Shown here piece after piece: positions 15,001-30,000 of a DNA stretch of 64,000 nt. The notes beneath the pieces are model-generated. The model had not been told where the DNA came from, ran no database searches, and worked only from the letters and a program-made list of their open reading frames with translations. The DNA is taken from assembly GCA_965153285.1 (NCBI GenBank), contig OZ229110.1; one strand, given 5' to 3'. This DNA comes from Podarcis tiliguerta. Lineage: Eukaryota. The translations under genes were made by a program, and so were the position numbers. Position 1 is the first letter of the stretch, and each line of letters begins with the position of its first letter.

Positions 15001-18000
15001 GCCCCACAGGAAAGGCCTATGCCCTGCTAGCTGTATTTCTCCACTCAATGAGCAAAAGATACACAAGGGAAAAAATTGGCTGGTGTCCTAAAAATAACAC
15101 ATTAAAAAATCATCAAAGCATAAAAAACGCAACCCACCTGAATCAAAGATGAGGAATTCAAATCAGATTTGCATGTGTAAGCAATCAGCTTTCCAGCAGG
15201 AGAAAGTCCAGCATAAAAAGGTAATCCTTTCTTCCTCCTCTCCCGTAACATGCCAGCTGTTAAGTATGTCATTTTTTCTGTCTTTTTGCATGGTGACAAT
15301 CTATTATCAGAAGCCTCCAAAACAGAAATATGAGCCTTTTCATCCTTGTTTTGACTGGATAGCATGGAGATTTTCACCCGGGAGGAATAGACAGGAGTGT
15401 TCTTCTCATCCCACGTTTTGGTTTCAGATTCTAGATCAATAACAAAATTTCCTACTTTAAGGGACTTGGGCATCTTACTCTTGACATGCTGTGACAGGAG
15501 GTTCAAGATCTCATTGCGATCTTCCTCCCAGTTGCAATCAGAAACAATCTCAATTAGTTTGGTTGTTCCACCTCGTGTAGTATGATGTACATATGAAGTT
15601 GATGGATCCCCAGCACTACAGGAAAACCACCAGGTTTTATCTGAAAAAGAATGGAAACAGGTTTCTGTAGTGTTGCAGCAGCAGAGGAAACCAAGCAAAT
15701 TAAAGACTTGGGCAACATTTCCTAATTAACAATGCCTAATTAGTCCCCATGTCTAAGTAGTGGGCCCTGTTCTCCAACCCTTGTTCTCAATGAAATATTT
15801 GTATCTGCCAGAAAGGTACAGTGGTTACATTATCATTTCTTACCAAGTTGCAACACTATCAGTTTCAAAGGTAGGATGGCCAAAAATGTATCAAAGGGCT
15901 GGGGAACCTTTTGCAGTCCTGGGGCCACATTCCTCTGTATGGAATCTTGCAGGGGCCACATTCCAGTCATGAGCAATGTCAGAGGCAAAAGTGGGCTGAG
16001 CAATGGGTGTGACTCAAAACCTTTGCACACTAGGCTACATTTTAGCTATGCAAGTCACAGATTTCTACATATGTCTTTCCAATCTTGGCAAGCAAGAGAC
16101 ATCACCACAGTTCAAGGATATGTGGGGGGCAGCGAGGGAAGGATGTTTCTGTGTGTCTCTGTGTGTATAACTGTAAGTAATCAAGAGTGCTTGGGTCAAT
16201 CTCCTGAGATGTGGCACAACCAGTAGCATTTTAACATAGGCAAAACAAACGACTAAGCCCATCTTTCTCAAACAATGGGAACTTGAACTACTCTTCTGAA
16301 CTCACTTAGGTATACCCCTCCACCACAAACGCTTGTTCCACAAGCTGTCCTGGGAACACCAATAGGTGTTAAAGTACAGGAAATGAATTATATAAGAATG
16401 CAGAGACCCTGAGCATAATTGATTGTAAGCATTCCACTGCTGTGGGAAAAAAATCTATGGTCATAATCTAACAATGACATTAGAAAAGAATGTGATAGCC
16501 TAACACAGCACATGGGGAAACATTCAAAGACAGCAGCAGCTCTTCCCTGCTTCTCTTCTTCCTAGGTTAATGGGAATGTGGTCATCCCCTTATAACATTA
16601 TGGATAAATTGGGGGAGGTGGGTTAACCACCCAGTTCCCTTACTGGAACACTTTCCAGCCCTCTGTTATCCCACTGCAAGGCTGCCATGTCTGTTTATTT
16701 GAAAAAGCAGGGGTAGGTTCAATTGTCAACTGGCCAAAAGGAAGGCTTAATGTATCTCATTGTCACCCCCCTCCTCAGAATGTCTACGAGTCCCACACTC
16801 ATCACCTATCCTGAAAGACCTACTCCAGAATTTGGGAATCTGGGGACAAAGTTCATGTTTTTAATTTTACCTCTGGGCTCTTTATCATCTTCCAAATCAA
16901 GTGGTTGGGGCTCAGGATCATGCTCCTGGGAAAAAGATTTAAAAGAAGAGGAAAATATAAGACGGGGGGGGGGATCACATTTCCAATAATAATATATATT
17001 TAAATACAGAGTTCAAACCCCGGAAACAAATGATGAGAAATATGGCAGTTGTGCAAAGTTTTTCATCATATAATAGTTCACAAAGAGCAGAATACCAGGC
17101 ATGGCTGGACCCCATTTTTTGCCATATGACGACGATATATGGATGCCTGGGGGTATGGGCAGAGAATGTTATAATGTTTCTTGCCAGCTAAACTCTAAAA
17201 ATACCCACCCCAACCCCTCCCATCCCCTTGTGGCTGATAATAGCTCCAGAGGGTAATCTCCCTTTACTCTCAATACCAGCCATTTTGTGGGCAGGGAAGT
17301 GAATGCACCTTCCTCAGGAAAATAGAGGGAAGAAAAATGTTAAACCTCTCCCAGCATTCTGCAATAGCAATGAAAACCCTATCTTCTATTCATTGTTCTA
17401 CAGCAGGGGTCAGCACACTTTTCCAGCAGGGGGCCAGTCCACTGTCCCTCAGACCTTGTGGGGGGCCAGACTATATTTTGGGGGGAAAGGGGAAAAAAAC
17501 GAATTCCAATGCCCCACAAATAACCCAGAGAAGCATTTTAAATAAAAGGACACATTCTACTCATGTAAAAACACACTGATGCCTGGACTGTCTGCGGGCT
17601 GGATTTAGAAGGTGATTGGGCCAGATCTGGCCCCCGGGCCTTAGTTTGCCTACCCATGTTCTACAGCATAGTTTTTTTTTATTTCTTAACTCTATATATT
17701 GCCCTTCCTACCCAAGGAGCTCAGGGCAACAACCAAATCTGTGATAAAATATTTACACATATTGAAAACATTCAAAGCATCTAAAAACTTTTAAAATAAT
17801 AAACCCAGTAAAACATTTATAGATTTAAGAACGGATCATGGGTCTGGTTAGACTTTAAACAGAAAAGGTTTTCTGTAGGTGTCTAAAACAGTATAATGAA
17901 GGTGTTTGTCTGATGTCATTATTTTTTACTCAGAGTGCATTAATAATATGAGGGCACAACATTTTACCTTTTCAATGTGTTTTTCAGAATTCCAAGGGCA

Positions 18001-21000
18001 CTTCTGTTGCTGCCTTTTCTCCTGTTTTTTACGATCATATATCCGAACACGAGCACAAGTCATCATGCTTTCAAAATATAAATAGACAGGGTCCTTATCC
18101 TCTTCTCGAATCTATAAACCAACATAAATGGACATAAATGGAAAAGCCTCACTGTTCCACCATTCGCTTTATCCACTTTTATCACCAAATAACCTAGACA
18201 AAATGCCAAAGGGAGCAGCTAGGTAAAGATTATGGCAGAATCCAGCTGGTCCTCTTAGTGATGGTGCTCCAGCAGATGTCCAATAACAAAAGGGTGGAGG
18301 TGATTTCCTGCCAATTCCTCCTCCCACTGTAGCTCCTAATGCCCCCCAACAACTGTTCTGGGGGGCTGCAGGGAGGAAATAAGTATAACCTTCCTCCCTT
18401 TGTCCATTAGCAGATGCCTCCATCTGTTCAAAACCCCTTGCACAAGGGTACTAAGTGGATACAACCATATAATGCTTCTGAGAAAATGTTTCCTCTGGGC
18501 AAGGAATTTAACTTATAGGACAGACAGTTAAGTATATTTCACATACTTTATCTGCTGGATAAAAAGGGCTCTCTCTAGATCCAGAGTTTCCCAAACTTGG
18601 GTCTCCAGTTGCTTTTGGGCTACAACTCTCATCATCCCTAGCTAGCAGGATACTGTTAATTCTTCACTTTCCATTCCCCCATGTTATCAGTTCGGTACAC
18701 TCCCATATTAGAATTAAAGAACAAATGCCTTGTGTTGCCTTTGCCACAAACATGTGGAATACTCCTGATTCAGCTTCAAAATCTCGTTTCTTTTGCTTAC
18801 CACTGGATTGGGTCTAGGCGCATAAACTCGTGCTGATTTGACTCCACTGGTGGCAGGCTTGCCTTCACCAGCTGCAGGTTTGCCATTGGATGTTAAGACC
18901 TCTGGGACAGGTGGCATAGATTTTGTTGGTTCAATAGTTGATGGTGTTGGGATGTAAACTGGTTCTGGATCCATTTCTCCATCTACTTTAACCCACAGTG
19001 GAAAGTTCTTAACAGGCTTTTCTGGCTCTGTACCACATATAGCTAGTAGAAAGATTTAATAATTTATTGTCTGGTGAAGAACACCTACTCTAATATAAAA
19101 ATATCACACAAGCATTATCCAATGAGAAAGACGACCTATTTTTTATATTATGGAGAAAGAGCTCCAAGCTTGAGTAATTTATATGCCCCTGGATGAAAGG
19201 GAGGTTTAGGGCAGAAACAGAGAGGTACACACAAAACCTCCTGGTCCTATGAATGTTATTGCAGATGCAAGCCCCCTTGTGCTAAATAGGTCTTACTTCC
19301 AGGTAAGACCTGTCCCATTAATGCCAAATGAGTCTACTGATTAACATGCTCCACTAGTTTCAATAAAATTAAGTTACAATTAGCTTTAGATGAACTGAAA
19401 CCCATGTATACTGATATTTTAAATGTCTTATGGACAAGTTTTATTTCCAAATTCTCATTTGGTACTTAATTCAGAAACACACATAATTACAAACACCTAC
19501 AAAAAGAAGTAGCTGCTTGCTATTGATTATACTTACTATATTCCACCTTTTTCTTCTTCTTCTTATCTTTGAATTTCAGTTTCTCTTTCTTCTCCTCTTT
19601 TTCCATCACTTCTTCCTGTTGTTTCACTTCATTTTCGCAATACAATCTATTCCTTCCACACAGAGACTCCTCCAGGATCTTCTTTTCCTTTGAACTTCCT
19701 TTATTAACTAGGACTACCTTTCTTTTTAGGCAAGCACAGCCAAACATACAGTCTGGCTTGCGGCAATGCGTCGGCTGACGTTTCTCAAGAGCTAAGCTAG
19801 AACAGACGCACCCAAGCCGGCAAAAGTCATTGTTGCATGGTGGTGCTCGCCTTTTGATTATTTGGTGGATAGGTTTGTTTTTTAGTGAAGCCTGAAAAAT
19901 GTAGATACAGTACATAACTCTTCTCAAATCTCCAGATAAGTATCTGCATACATAATTACTACAATGTAGATTCCTGAATTACATGATACAGAATTATGTA
20001 TCATAATAAGCTACAATTCAGATCCAGAGGGAAGCTGTATTCAGTCAATTGCAACAAAAACAACAGCTTTTAAGGTGCTGCAAGATGCCATTGTTTTTGC
20101 TGAAATAGACTATCTGCAATACATAATTCCAGCAATAATGTAGCCAATAGAATGGGGATGTGAATTTGACCAATACAAATATGACTGTATTTTTAATCAG
20201 AAGTGCATCTTATCATTATAGTCATTAATCCAGAAACCAATATATGCAAGTGTAAGTCTGCTTTAAAACAGCTTCACTAGTTTCCAGTTATGGGGTGTAA
20301 GAGGAGGGATAGTACTCCTGGTGGGGGACATCATGCTCCTTCTGGGGTAGTTTGTCCACCTGTACTCAGCTCTCACCTGTGGGTCCTAAAACCTGTCAGC
20401 ATGTGACAGTGGCCACATCCCATGAATGGCTTCAATTGGCCAATCAGGTGACGGTAGCCAATGGGTCTCATACCCTTGGTGAATTAGGGGCTCACATGCA
20501 AAGACAGGCTCTGGCAAATAGAGCAGATGAGACCAATAATGGGTCCCAAGATCAAGGTGGGTTCTGCACATGCTGTAGAGGGGTTAGGCTCATCAACCTG
20601 GGAAGGTAGCCCATTTAGGAGAAGGAAAACTCTGATCCTAAACCTGCACTGCCTTATGGGATATCTTTGGAAGGAGAAAAGGCTAAGAACTAAACCCTAC
20701 AGAAATCTGGAGTGGAGTCCCTAAGATGGTTGGATGGCACCTCGTACGCCTCTTTCAGGCAACTCCTGTAGCTAAGCTGGTGCCAAACGTATTGCTCTGC
20801 TTTCCTTTGGACCACATCAGCGAAGCCAAGAGGGGGGTTTGTAGCTAAGCTGGTGCCAAACGTATTGCTCTGCTTTCCTTTGGACCACATCAGCGAAGCC
20901 AAGAGGGGGGTTTGTTGTCTGGGCTGTCTAGGAACTCCATACACACTGCTCAGGCTTGTGCCCTGCAAAGTCACTTCGGTAAGCCTAATGCAGTGATTTG

Positions 21001-24000
21001 ACTTTGCTCCCAGAGGCACACCCCACTGTCTCGAGACAGACAGAGGCCAACATGTAGTTGCCAGCTCCTGGACCCAATTCACTGGTGTTTAAGACCCTCA
21101 ACAACTCAAGTATTTCAGGTATTTGAAGCCTATCTCCATCCCAACAGACCCTCTTGTGTATTAAGATGTTTGTAATTTTGTCACCCTTAAGAGTGCAGGG
21201 AATGATAACCCCAGGGATGACTATCTCTTTGGCTACCCCTAAATTGTAGAAATCCCTCACCATAGAGGTATGTCTATTAACACCATTATTCAGAAATGGA
21301 AAATATGTTGAAGGCAAGTCACCGTTAAAACTTTCATGAACAGAGTAACTCACCTGAGCAGTGAGTAAAGTAGACAGAGATAGGTCTGCTCGTTCTTCAG
21401 TAATGTAAGTCCGTGGTTTACCATCCCACAATGCGCAAACCTCCAAATCCATCAGCTTCAACTGAGTCTTTGATAAACCTGGCAAGCGATTACTCTGTTG
21501 CTGCTGCTGTGCCTGACGCTGTTTCCCCTGTACATTTTCTTCTGTGCCTGATGCCATGAGAGCATCTATCTCACTAACTGCTTGACTACTTGGCTGAGAC
21601 TTAGTGACTTTCTCTTCCAAAGCTGTCAAGTTGCGTTTCTGCTTTGTTACAACAGGCAAACCTATTGTAGCCTTCTGGGGTGACTTTTCTTTGCCTCTAG
21701 AACCTGCTTGCTTTTTATTCTTAATTTTCTCTCTCTTCTTTCTAGAGACAGAAGGCACAGAAAGAGGCTTGAAAGTATAAGAGCTAGTAGTAGTAACACT
21801 GGATTGCTTTTTCAGAACACTATCTAGTGTCCGTACATAACTGGTGCTTTTAGTTGGAAGCTGGTAAACCACAGGACAACTGGATGTACTAGGAGAGAAT
21901 TCCATGCTCGTTTCCATTAACTTCCCTTCATTTTCCAAATATTCATCAAGCTTGTCACTGCAGAAGGCAGATCGATTCTTCAAGGAGCCTTCTAAAATGC
22001 TACCTGAATAATCACATAAATCAATTTTCAATTGAGTATTGTCAACTTCATTATGATGTGTTTGCATAGATTACATTGGTAAAAGCTTTAGAAACTGATG
22101 TACAGAGTAGCTGTGGTAAGAAACATTGTCCACTATAGAAACAGAAAGGTGGTTTGTGGGGGGGGTTTAGTGCTGTTTCTGGAAGTCTTCCAGCTCTCAG
22201 AAACAGAAGTAAACAAAAGGGGGAGGCACGTTGTACACAAAAGCAAACTATTTCTCAATAAATGTCAAACTTTATTGGTGATTGTAATTTGGAGAGGATC
22301 CTTTCCTTCTTCAGGGGCTGATATAAACAATCATATCAACTCTATACATTGGCCCAGTTCATACAGAGCTCTAAGCCAAATCAAGGCTAAACACAAAGCA
22401 GCAAATATGTAGGTTTAGACAATAATTCTACCAGATTACAGCTACTGATTAACAGTGTACTTAGGGGTTTTGTAGATGGAATAACCAGACACCCAACTAA
22501 TCCATTATGTTAAGTGACTCTGGGGTGCAGGTGTCTGGAGAGTTCATTTCCCCATTTCATTTGGCTCAGAGAAAGTAGCAGGAAACACATCCTAAATCTT
22601 ACCTTCATTTTTTGAAGAACTATGTAACTTCCCTCGCCATCCTTTTATCTTTGTGAAGTCATTCGTCTTTCCAGTCCTGGAAACAAAGGGAAGCCCAGTA
22701 TCTGGTGGGAAAGACAGTCAAGCTAGTTTTATGTGCTGCTAGGTAACAATTTAACAGATTATGCTCTTGCAGTATATTTTTACATAAAGAGCCTTCAGAA
22801 CCATTACCTTTAAGCACTGCCCAATCCTATGCAGAGTAAGGTGTTTCTAACTCAACTAAAATTAGTATGGTAAAGGTGTGCTGAACTGTACATAAATATT
22901 TAGCCTCAGTTTACCCTGCCATATGGGACCAAACAATTAATCGTAAATGCATCTATTGAACAGCAGATCTTTTAGGCAAAGCCAAAATTTCAGTGCTAAC
23001 ATAACAGTGAAGTGTTCCTGATTTGTTCTACCAAAACAGAAATGCTTCTTCTAAAGACATAAAGCTATCCTGTAACTCAAACTTGAAGCTTCATTGTAGT
23101 ATTAAGAAAGATGGTGACTTACCATAAGAACTGGAATTGGTCCTTACGTTTTTCCACAATGTGTATTCATCAGAATAACTTAGTGGTAGCTGCACACCCA
23201 AATATTTTAAATCAATGCTCATTGTTGGGTCCACTAAGTTCAGCTTTAGTCCCACTACAAGAAGAAAATGCCATATAAAAATTCTATACAGCATTCGTAA
23301 ATGCAAAGCTTGTACATACTTCACAGTGCTTACACTTACCTTCCCGAAGACTAGGATGTATCACCTGCTTGTACTTATAAGATTTCAACTCTTCCAACAA
23401 TTCTGATTCCAGCTGTGGTATTCTCTGACTGTCTGTGAAATACATATTTAAATTGCTTAAATATCTTTACCATTTCTAATTCACTTGACTAAGCATCATT
23501 TACTTTCTACCCCAATCCCATAACACACACAATACTCTTCCCCCAACAACTCCTAAAAGAGAGAGAAAGGAACTGGATGAGGGCAACTGCACTGTCTCTC
23601 AACAGTACAGGGTCAATGCCAATTTTTTCTCATCTCTCACCTCACTTAGTGCTCAGTATTTTAAAGTCTTGGAGAGAGAGAGAACCTCAGAGGCTGGACC
23701 ACATGCTTAGCATTTCTATGAAACTTGCAAACCTCTTGCAGCAGAAACAGTGGACTTAGGGACACTGTTGAGTATTAATGTAAAAAATGCAGTATAAAAA
23801 TGTGACACCAGAGGGCGCTGTAGAGCAGTGATCTTTTGCCTATGGGAAATTGCATTGGGAGCTAATTTTTAGTATGTGTGTGGTTTTTTTTAAATAGCGT
23901 TTTCCAGATCAGTGTAGATTCAGCCAGGGACAAAATGCCAAAAAGAACTGGTCAGGGCTCATCCAGACTTCCTTTTGTGCCATGGAAAACCTGATTGCTA

Positions 24001-27000
24001 TTTGCTCTAAATCAGCGGTAAAACGTGGTTTTCCCAGCGAAAGTGCTGGGACTAAAAGAGAGATGTTTGGACACGAAGCTTTAAAGTCCAAACCTGTGCC
24101 CAGAAATGTGGCAAATAAGGAAGTCAGGATGAGCCTTCAGCTCTGCTGCATTTGCTCGGCTTGGCAAACTTGAACATTAGACCACTTAGGGAGAAAGAGA
24201 AGTAAGTATCCATAGGGCCAAACTAGCTGAGAGTTAAATGATTCTCTGCATCTAACATGTAAGGTTTTTTGTTTTGTTTCTAAAGTAGACTGCACCAGCT
24301 GGGAAACTGCACACCTGATTTGGCCCTTAATAGGCCATTTTAATACTCCCATTATTACCTGGATTAATACATGCATCCAGTGAAGAAGTATGTATATTCT
24401 GCAATTCTTCTTTTTCACATGTAGTCAGAGAAGAAGTCTGAATATTCTGATTTTTTTCTTTTTCTTCCACTCTATCAACATTGTGGATATCCAGGGCTTC
24501 CTAAATGTAAAAAGAATAAAACATGTGCATTGACAAAACACTATTCTAGGTTTATTCCAGAGACAATCAAAAGCTCCAGGTGGTGGGGAAATTGATGGTA
24601 GAGCAACTACTACACCCAGAGCCCTGCTGGCTACATGTGGTCAGGTCAGGAGCAGGGGACCCAATTCCCCACACTTGCCCCCTGCTTTTGTTTCTTTATT
24701 TTCCTTTTTCCAATGAATACAATTGTAAGGAAATTCACTATACTAGCACTAGGGCTGTTGTTTCAGGATTGGTTTTGGGTAATGTTGGTTGAATGGGGTG
24801 TCTTAGAATGTTGTAGATCTACATACCACCACCGCCCCCCAAATGTTCCCCAAACACCACATTTTGGTCCCCTACTAGCAGTCCATGGAGGTTTCCATAT
24901 GTGTACCAGATTGCCTCTGGCAAAATGTATGTCACCCCACATGTGGATCTATTCTTCCTCTCTTCCACCCTGAAGACCCCTCTAAACTTTCTATCTGCTC
25001 CAAAGGTTTGGGGAACCCTCTGAAGCAGATTTTTGGGGACTGTAGAGGTGACGAAGATGAAGTCCTGCTGGGTGAAAACTCCACTCATATACCACCCCTT
25101 GATAAACAGTGTTGCATACCACCCCAAGCCTCGGAGTCCAAATCATTACATTTGGAGCTAATAATCAAGAGTTTTATAATATAGAAAGCCACAATGCAAA
25201 GCTTAAGCAAACTCCAAGATCCCATGGTTCAATGTCAATTAAGAAATACATCTGCAGATTTTTAACTTAATGGCTTTTATAATGTGACTTAGTACTTTTA
25301 ACAACTTTAAATTTCAGAAATAGAATTACCTTGGATGCAAATGATACAAAGAGTACTCCGTCCACATCCTCAAGGTCGGGTTTAACATCCAAATGGATAT
25401 TGCCAGGTCCAAAGGAGGCATAATTACTTGTAGTAATTGACTTTCTATTATATTTAGGTGGTCTTCCAACTACAGAAAACCTTATTTTCCGTGGTCTTCC
25501 TCTTTTACGTGGGCCAGGCAACCTAACCTTTTGGTTACCAACAATACTCTTGCGGGAAATATGGTTCTTGAATGCATTTGTCTTCCCTCCCACTAAGTTA
25601 GCTAAAGAAGGGCCACGGTATGCAGTGGCCTTGAGACCACAGCTAGATACTTTCTTTGTTATGGTAAGACTGTTACAGGTTTCAGTATTTTTCCATCGCA
25701 CATCTCTTGCCGTAGGCGATTTGTGTGGCACATTATTTTCAGATACCTGTTTTCTAGTTAGCATTTCCTCTGTTTCCAAAGCTGTAAAGGGGCTGGAGAC
25801 ACTGTTATTTTCAAAACAAGTAGGCAAATAATCCAATGGATGACTCAAAGGTGATTCTGCGCTCTTAGAAAGAGACAATATGGCCTGTGAAAGAGCAGAG
25901 ACCTTTACTGTATTCTTGGTAACTGAACAGGGTGCTAGATAGACTACAGGCAACTTTCCACTATCCAGTTTCAACATCTTTGCTTTGGCAACACCCAGCT
26001 GGTTGGTCTGTGGTCGCTTACGGGATTCAAATTCCATTTCCTTCTTGCCTACTTCCCTGTGATTCTTTCGCCGCTTCTCCAGGATGGAGTCAACTCTATT
26101 TGAATATTCTTCTGCCATGTTACGCGCTTCTTCCTGCTTCACATCTACTTCTTCCATACATACACTTGGCCCATAATCATAGTCATCTGCGGGTTCCTCT
26201 TTAACAACAACATTGATGCCTCCATTTGAGTTCAAAGGGGATGCCACATGAGAGCGACTCTGACAGGGACTTGCTATTGGACTAGACGAGAAAGGGGGGA
26301 AAAACAATTGTGAAGTAGTAAAAACAAACAATAAAAAACCGAACAAGCAATATATCGCCTTTTTTCTTTAAGACAAATTCATACCATACAAAAATTAATA
26401 TCTACAATTCAGACTATCAACAAAACACTAGCACCAAGGTGAGCGCTAACAAACTTTGCCTAACAGATATATCTACATTTAGGTCACATCCTCATTTAAA
26501 TGTTTTCTTTTTCATTATTTATTTAAGGAAACTTTAACATACAATCTCTAAAGGTGGATAATCTTGAGAATACTCTAAGCACTAATTTGCACACATACAC
26601 AAAATATGTCTCCTTTAAAAAAAACCTATTATTCACAATGAACCAACAAGCAACTGTCACCTCGCATTTGAGAGATTGCTGGACCACATTAAATCACAAT
26701 AGAGTAAGAACAGCTGACAGTCAGAAACACTGCTAAGCTACAGCAGACTGTAAGTTAACTGTGTTAACAAATAACTAACAGTAACTCTTACAACTGTATG
26801 TACGCATTCAATTACAAAGGCTTTCACTCCCCTCAGGTCAACTAAACCTAGTTAGATGATCTAGGGGTTCATGTCCTGAGGATAGTGGGCCTCGTATCTT
26901 TCTTCATGCACTAATTCTCCAGTAATTAACTGTTATTGTTATAACAATACACTGTACATATTGGGTCTTTGCTACTGAGCACTCAACAGCATGGCACAGT

Positions 27001-30000
27001 TAATTTTCAACTGTGTTTTCATCCAGACCTTCCTAAGTTTTGTTCCCCGTGCACTTTCTCTTCTCAACCCACATTCACTTTTGTAAAGACTAGTTTTAAA
27101 CTTCTTTTAATCGTATTACGCAAGTAATTTTTTAATACCAACTTACTGAATAGGTGGCATGCAAATATGTTTTAACAGAATATCATTTCCAAATAGTCAC
27201 TAACATCCTGCTTTCTGCCTCTGTATTCACAACTGGGATGGTGCAATTACTTTGAATTCAGTGCAGCAGCATATTGCTTAAAACATAAGCTTTAGAAAAC
27301 TCTTTTGTAGCTTTTACCAAATGCATAGGCTTGTTTCATTTATTTATTTTAATAATAATAATAATAGTTTTATTTCAATGCTTGTTTTTAACAAGGGCTT
27401 TTTCTATGTTTTTAGCATTTGTCATTTTAAAATTTATCCGCTTTCAGTCCTGTTGGGGGAAAAGGTTAATTATTATTATTTATTCAAAATATTTATTATT
27501 ACTGTTGAGAAAGCAGTAAGAAAAGTCTACAGTAAATCTGCTTTTGTGCTGTTCTCAATTTAACAATCAGTTCCAAATGAGGCAAAGTGTTATTTCCATA
27601 CACTGCCCTTGAATTTTTTTTTTTTTTTAATTGCCTCATATTATGTGTTCTGCTCCTAGCCCCAACCCATGCTTTGCCTGAGCTTACACTATGAATCATG
27701 GGGCAAATTCCCAAAGGAATAAGTCTTTCTGTAACTTAACCATTATCAACTGACCATGACCAAAGAAACCATTCTTCACTGACCATGGCCAAAGAAAGAG
27801 AAGCTTAGGGGTGTATTCATCGAAGTGAAACTAGAAAAATAGACTGCACTAGAGACAAAGAAGAGACAGGACTGTGGTACTGGCCCCAGGTAACTGGCTG
27901 TAGAATAAACATCAGAGTCCTGCGGTGTTGATGGCACCAGCGGGAGTTCTATCACTACTGCTAATTTTAAAGTCGAAGAGGGAAATTCAGAGTAAAGGCA
28001 ATTAATTGGTACAGCATGTTTCCTTCAGCAGCTCATTCAATATAGGTTTTAATGAGTCAGCCCAAACCCAACACAGTCTTTTCATGGGCCATACTGTTTT
28101 CTTCCTTGGCTCAAATGCATGTAAGAGCCACTTTACTTTTTGTCCTTTGCAGCAGCAAATCAACAATACCATAGAAGGGCTGTAAGACAGCTCAAGGTTA
28201 TCTGTTACGCACTTGCCATGTACTGAGTGCAACAATCACACTTGGTACCCGGGGCCACTCACAGTTCTACAGCCCTGAATTATTTCTCCTTGGTGCTTAA
28301 ATGTTTTGAAATGTTTCTACAATGCTGCTGCTGAATATAGGGAATAGGCAGAATTTGGCTCCCACCACCTAAACCTGCCTGAGCTACTTGAATGTTTAGC
28401 AAGAGATTGCACACCCACATGTATTCCAACTGCTTTGGCTCAGAAGATGTTGATCAATCTGAGTACTTTTATAGCATACCCTTCATCAAATGTTCCCAGA
28501 GCAAGGCACATACAACACACTAAAAACAATTCAATTTAGAAATTAAAAAGAGAAAGGAAAAAAATAGCACATCCTTAAAATGAGAAAAACCCATGCTACA
28601 CTAATACTGAATATTGAGCAAAAGCCCAGACAAGAAGATCCTTACCTGGCACAAACATGACAAAAATGTCCACATACTCATCCTGTGTCCCCACATAATC
28701 TAACTCTCCCACAGCAGGACAACAAGAAGGGCTTCCTGCCTTGATCTAAGGAAATGATGACAAGCTGACATAGGATGAGGCATTCATTCATATATTTGGG
28801 TCCCAAGTTATTTAAGGTTTCACAGTCAACACCAGTACCTTGACTATAGGCACCCAAGGCAGACCTTTTAGAATCAGTGTTGCATTATTTCAGTTCTGAA
28901 CATTCTGGCAGCTGCAATCTTCAATGGTTGCAGCTTCTAGACCATCTTCAAGGACAACTCCAAATAAAGCATATTAAAATAATCAAAACAGGAAGTTACT
29001 AGAGAACGGGTAACTGTGGCTTTTTCTCCAGTAACTGGGAAAAGGCACTCAGCACCACTGAACTCACTTTAGCCTCCAGTGACATTGCTGGATTAAGGAA
29101 TACGCCTGGAGTAGACTATGCATCTGTTCTTTCTAGGAGAGTCTGATCTCCTCAAGAATAGGCTGTCTATTCAATTCCTGAACCCCATGTCACCCACAAG
29201 GCTCAGCTCTTTTTATCCAACTCATTAATAATGTGAGGAACCATTCCAACATTACACAGCCTCAATTGATTCTGATGATGAGAAATAGAGCTGGGTATCT
29301 TGTTGACACTTTGCTCCCAATCCCCTGGTGACCTTCCACAGCACAACTGTCATGTCGCCAAGTAGAAGTTCCCAACTGCTACATTCTGAAATCAGCTCTG
29401 CAGGTGGGACTGCAATTTCCCTGCCTCCAGCTTCCAAACCACAGAGCTGGTCCAACAAGATACTATGGCTAGTGCTAGCAAAAGCTACTGAGCGGTCTTG
29501 CAACAAAGGCCATTTTGGTGCCAAAACTAGACTTCCATCCAGACTGAAATAGGTGTCATCACCTTTCTAAATCACCTTACCCCCAAATTATAGATTTTTT
29601 GTGTGACTAGGAAGTAGTTATCACAAACTGCTAGATCTAGGGAGTTTCTTAAAGAGTGCCTGCACCACTGCCTTTCAAGACAGTGGGCACTCCCCTCTGG
29701 CTATTAAAAGGAAAGGGTAAAAAAAAACAGGTATCATTAGCTGAAACTGATCCCCAACAACCTGACTAGATTAATGATGCAAGTTAATGCTCTAGAATCT
29801 ACTTTCACTGGATTTGCAATAATGCCAGCATCAAATTCAGCACAAATATAAGTGATTTCATCATCGATGTGCCTCACAAAGGCTCCAATAACATCACCTG
29901 TAGGCAAGATTTCAACAGCTCTTTAAACTCAAAATAGCTTTGTTGGATGGCTACTTGAAGGCATGGTAAATGCCTTGGGAAAGTGGCAAAATACAGGTAT

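Noticed and set aside
14604-15152. 182-aa plus-strand ORF in A intron 13
   Set aside because: No recognisable homology or convincing splice context; likely chance or a decayed repeat.
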